From NCBI GenBank assembly GCA_035524895.1, contig DATLFI010000265.1:1026-65025 (forward strand): 64,000 nt of DNA, in the 5' to 3' direction. The position numbers and the translations under genes were made by a program. The notes under the pieces are model-generated. The model made no database searches. It worked only from the letters and a program-made list of their open reading frames with translations, and was not told where the DNA came from. This document shows positions 64,000-64,000 of this stretch, in pieces (position 1 is the first letter of the stretch; each line of letters starts with the position of its first letter). The DNA comes from Thermoanaerobaculia bacterium. Its GTDB lineage: Bacteria; Acidobacteriota; Thermoanaerobaculia; Multivoradales; Multivoraceae.

Positions 64000-64000
64000 C

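Noticed and set aside
1-64000. CRISPR arrays, integrase/transposase, prophage or toxin gene islands
   Set aside because: No regularly spaced direct repeats with unique spacers, and no recombinase-like or phage-structural ORFs. The window reads as core chromosome. The only mobile-like features are the small non-autonomous CTAG elements.

Overview
This is a 64 kb, high-GC (~70-72 %) chromosomal segment of a Gram-negative, soil-type bacterium. A PadR regulator paired with an ADOP duplicated permease, a GH109-like Tat enzyme, DPP-IV and several PQQ quinoproteins hint at an Acidobacteriota/Gemmatimonadota/Myxococcota-like lineage, but lineage cannot be fixed from sequence alone. About 55 protein-coding genes are supportable. 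Many are secreted hydrolases: S9 DPP-IV, M20 amidohydrolase, three alpha/beta-hydrolase esterases plus a type-B carboxylesterase, S33-like lipoprotein hydrolase, NPP phosphodiesterase and an amidohydrolase. Housekeeping genes are rpsD, translationally coupled proB-proA, ltaE, an AroH-type chorismate mutase and wecB. There is a mycobacterial-style adaA-alkA fusion followed by ogt, two PQQ dehydrogenases plus a PQQ-like propeller protein, transporters (CDF, Na+/solute symporter, ADOP permease), regulators (PadR, TetR) and a PIN-PhoH (PhoH2) protein. No rRNA, tRNA, CRISPR array, transposase or integrase was found. Most long antisense ORFs in the track are high-GC frame artefacts. The most unusual content is non-coding. 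(1) A family of GC-rich inverted-repeat elements bounded by CTAG (core GGAGCCC / GGGCTCC) has two long 230-285 bp copies (one with 24-bp terminal inverted repeats) and four short palindromic copies; five of the six start exactly on the TAG stop codon of the upstream gene. (2) Several precise tandem repeats occur: a 135-bp in-frame duplication inside a dioxygenase-like gene, a 12-bp x5 SAGA repeat, a 12-bp x4 stop-codon array and three tandem hairpins after osmC. (3) A 430-bp intergenic region holds a textbook intrinsic terminator 240 nt beyond the nearest gene end, so it may be an sRNA or long 3' UTR. All calls rest on motif recognition by eye, since no database search was possible.
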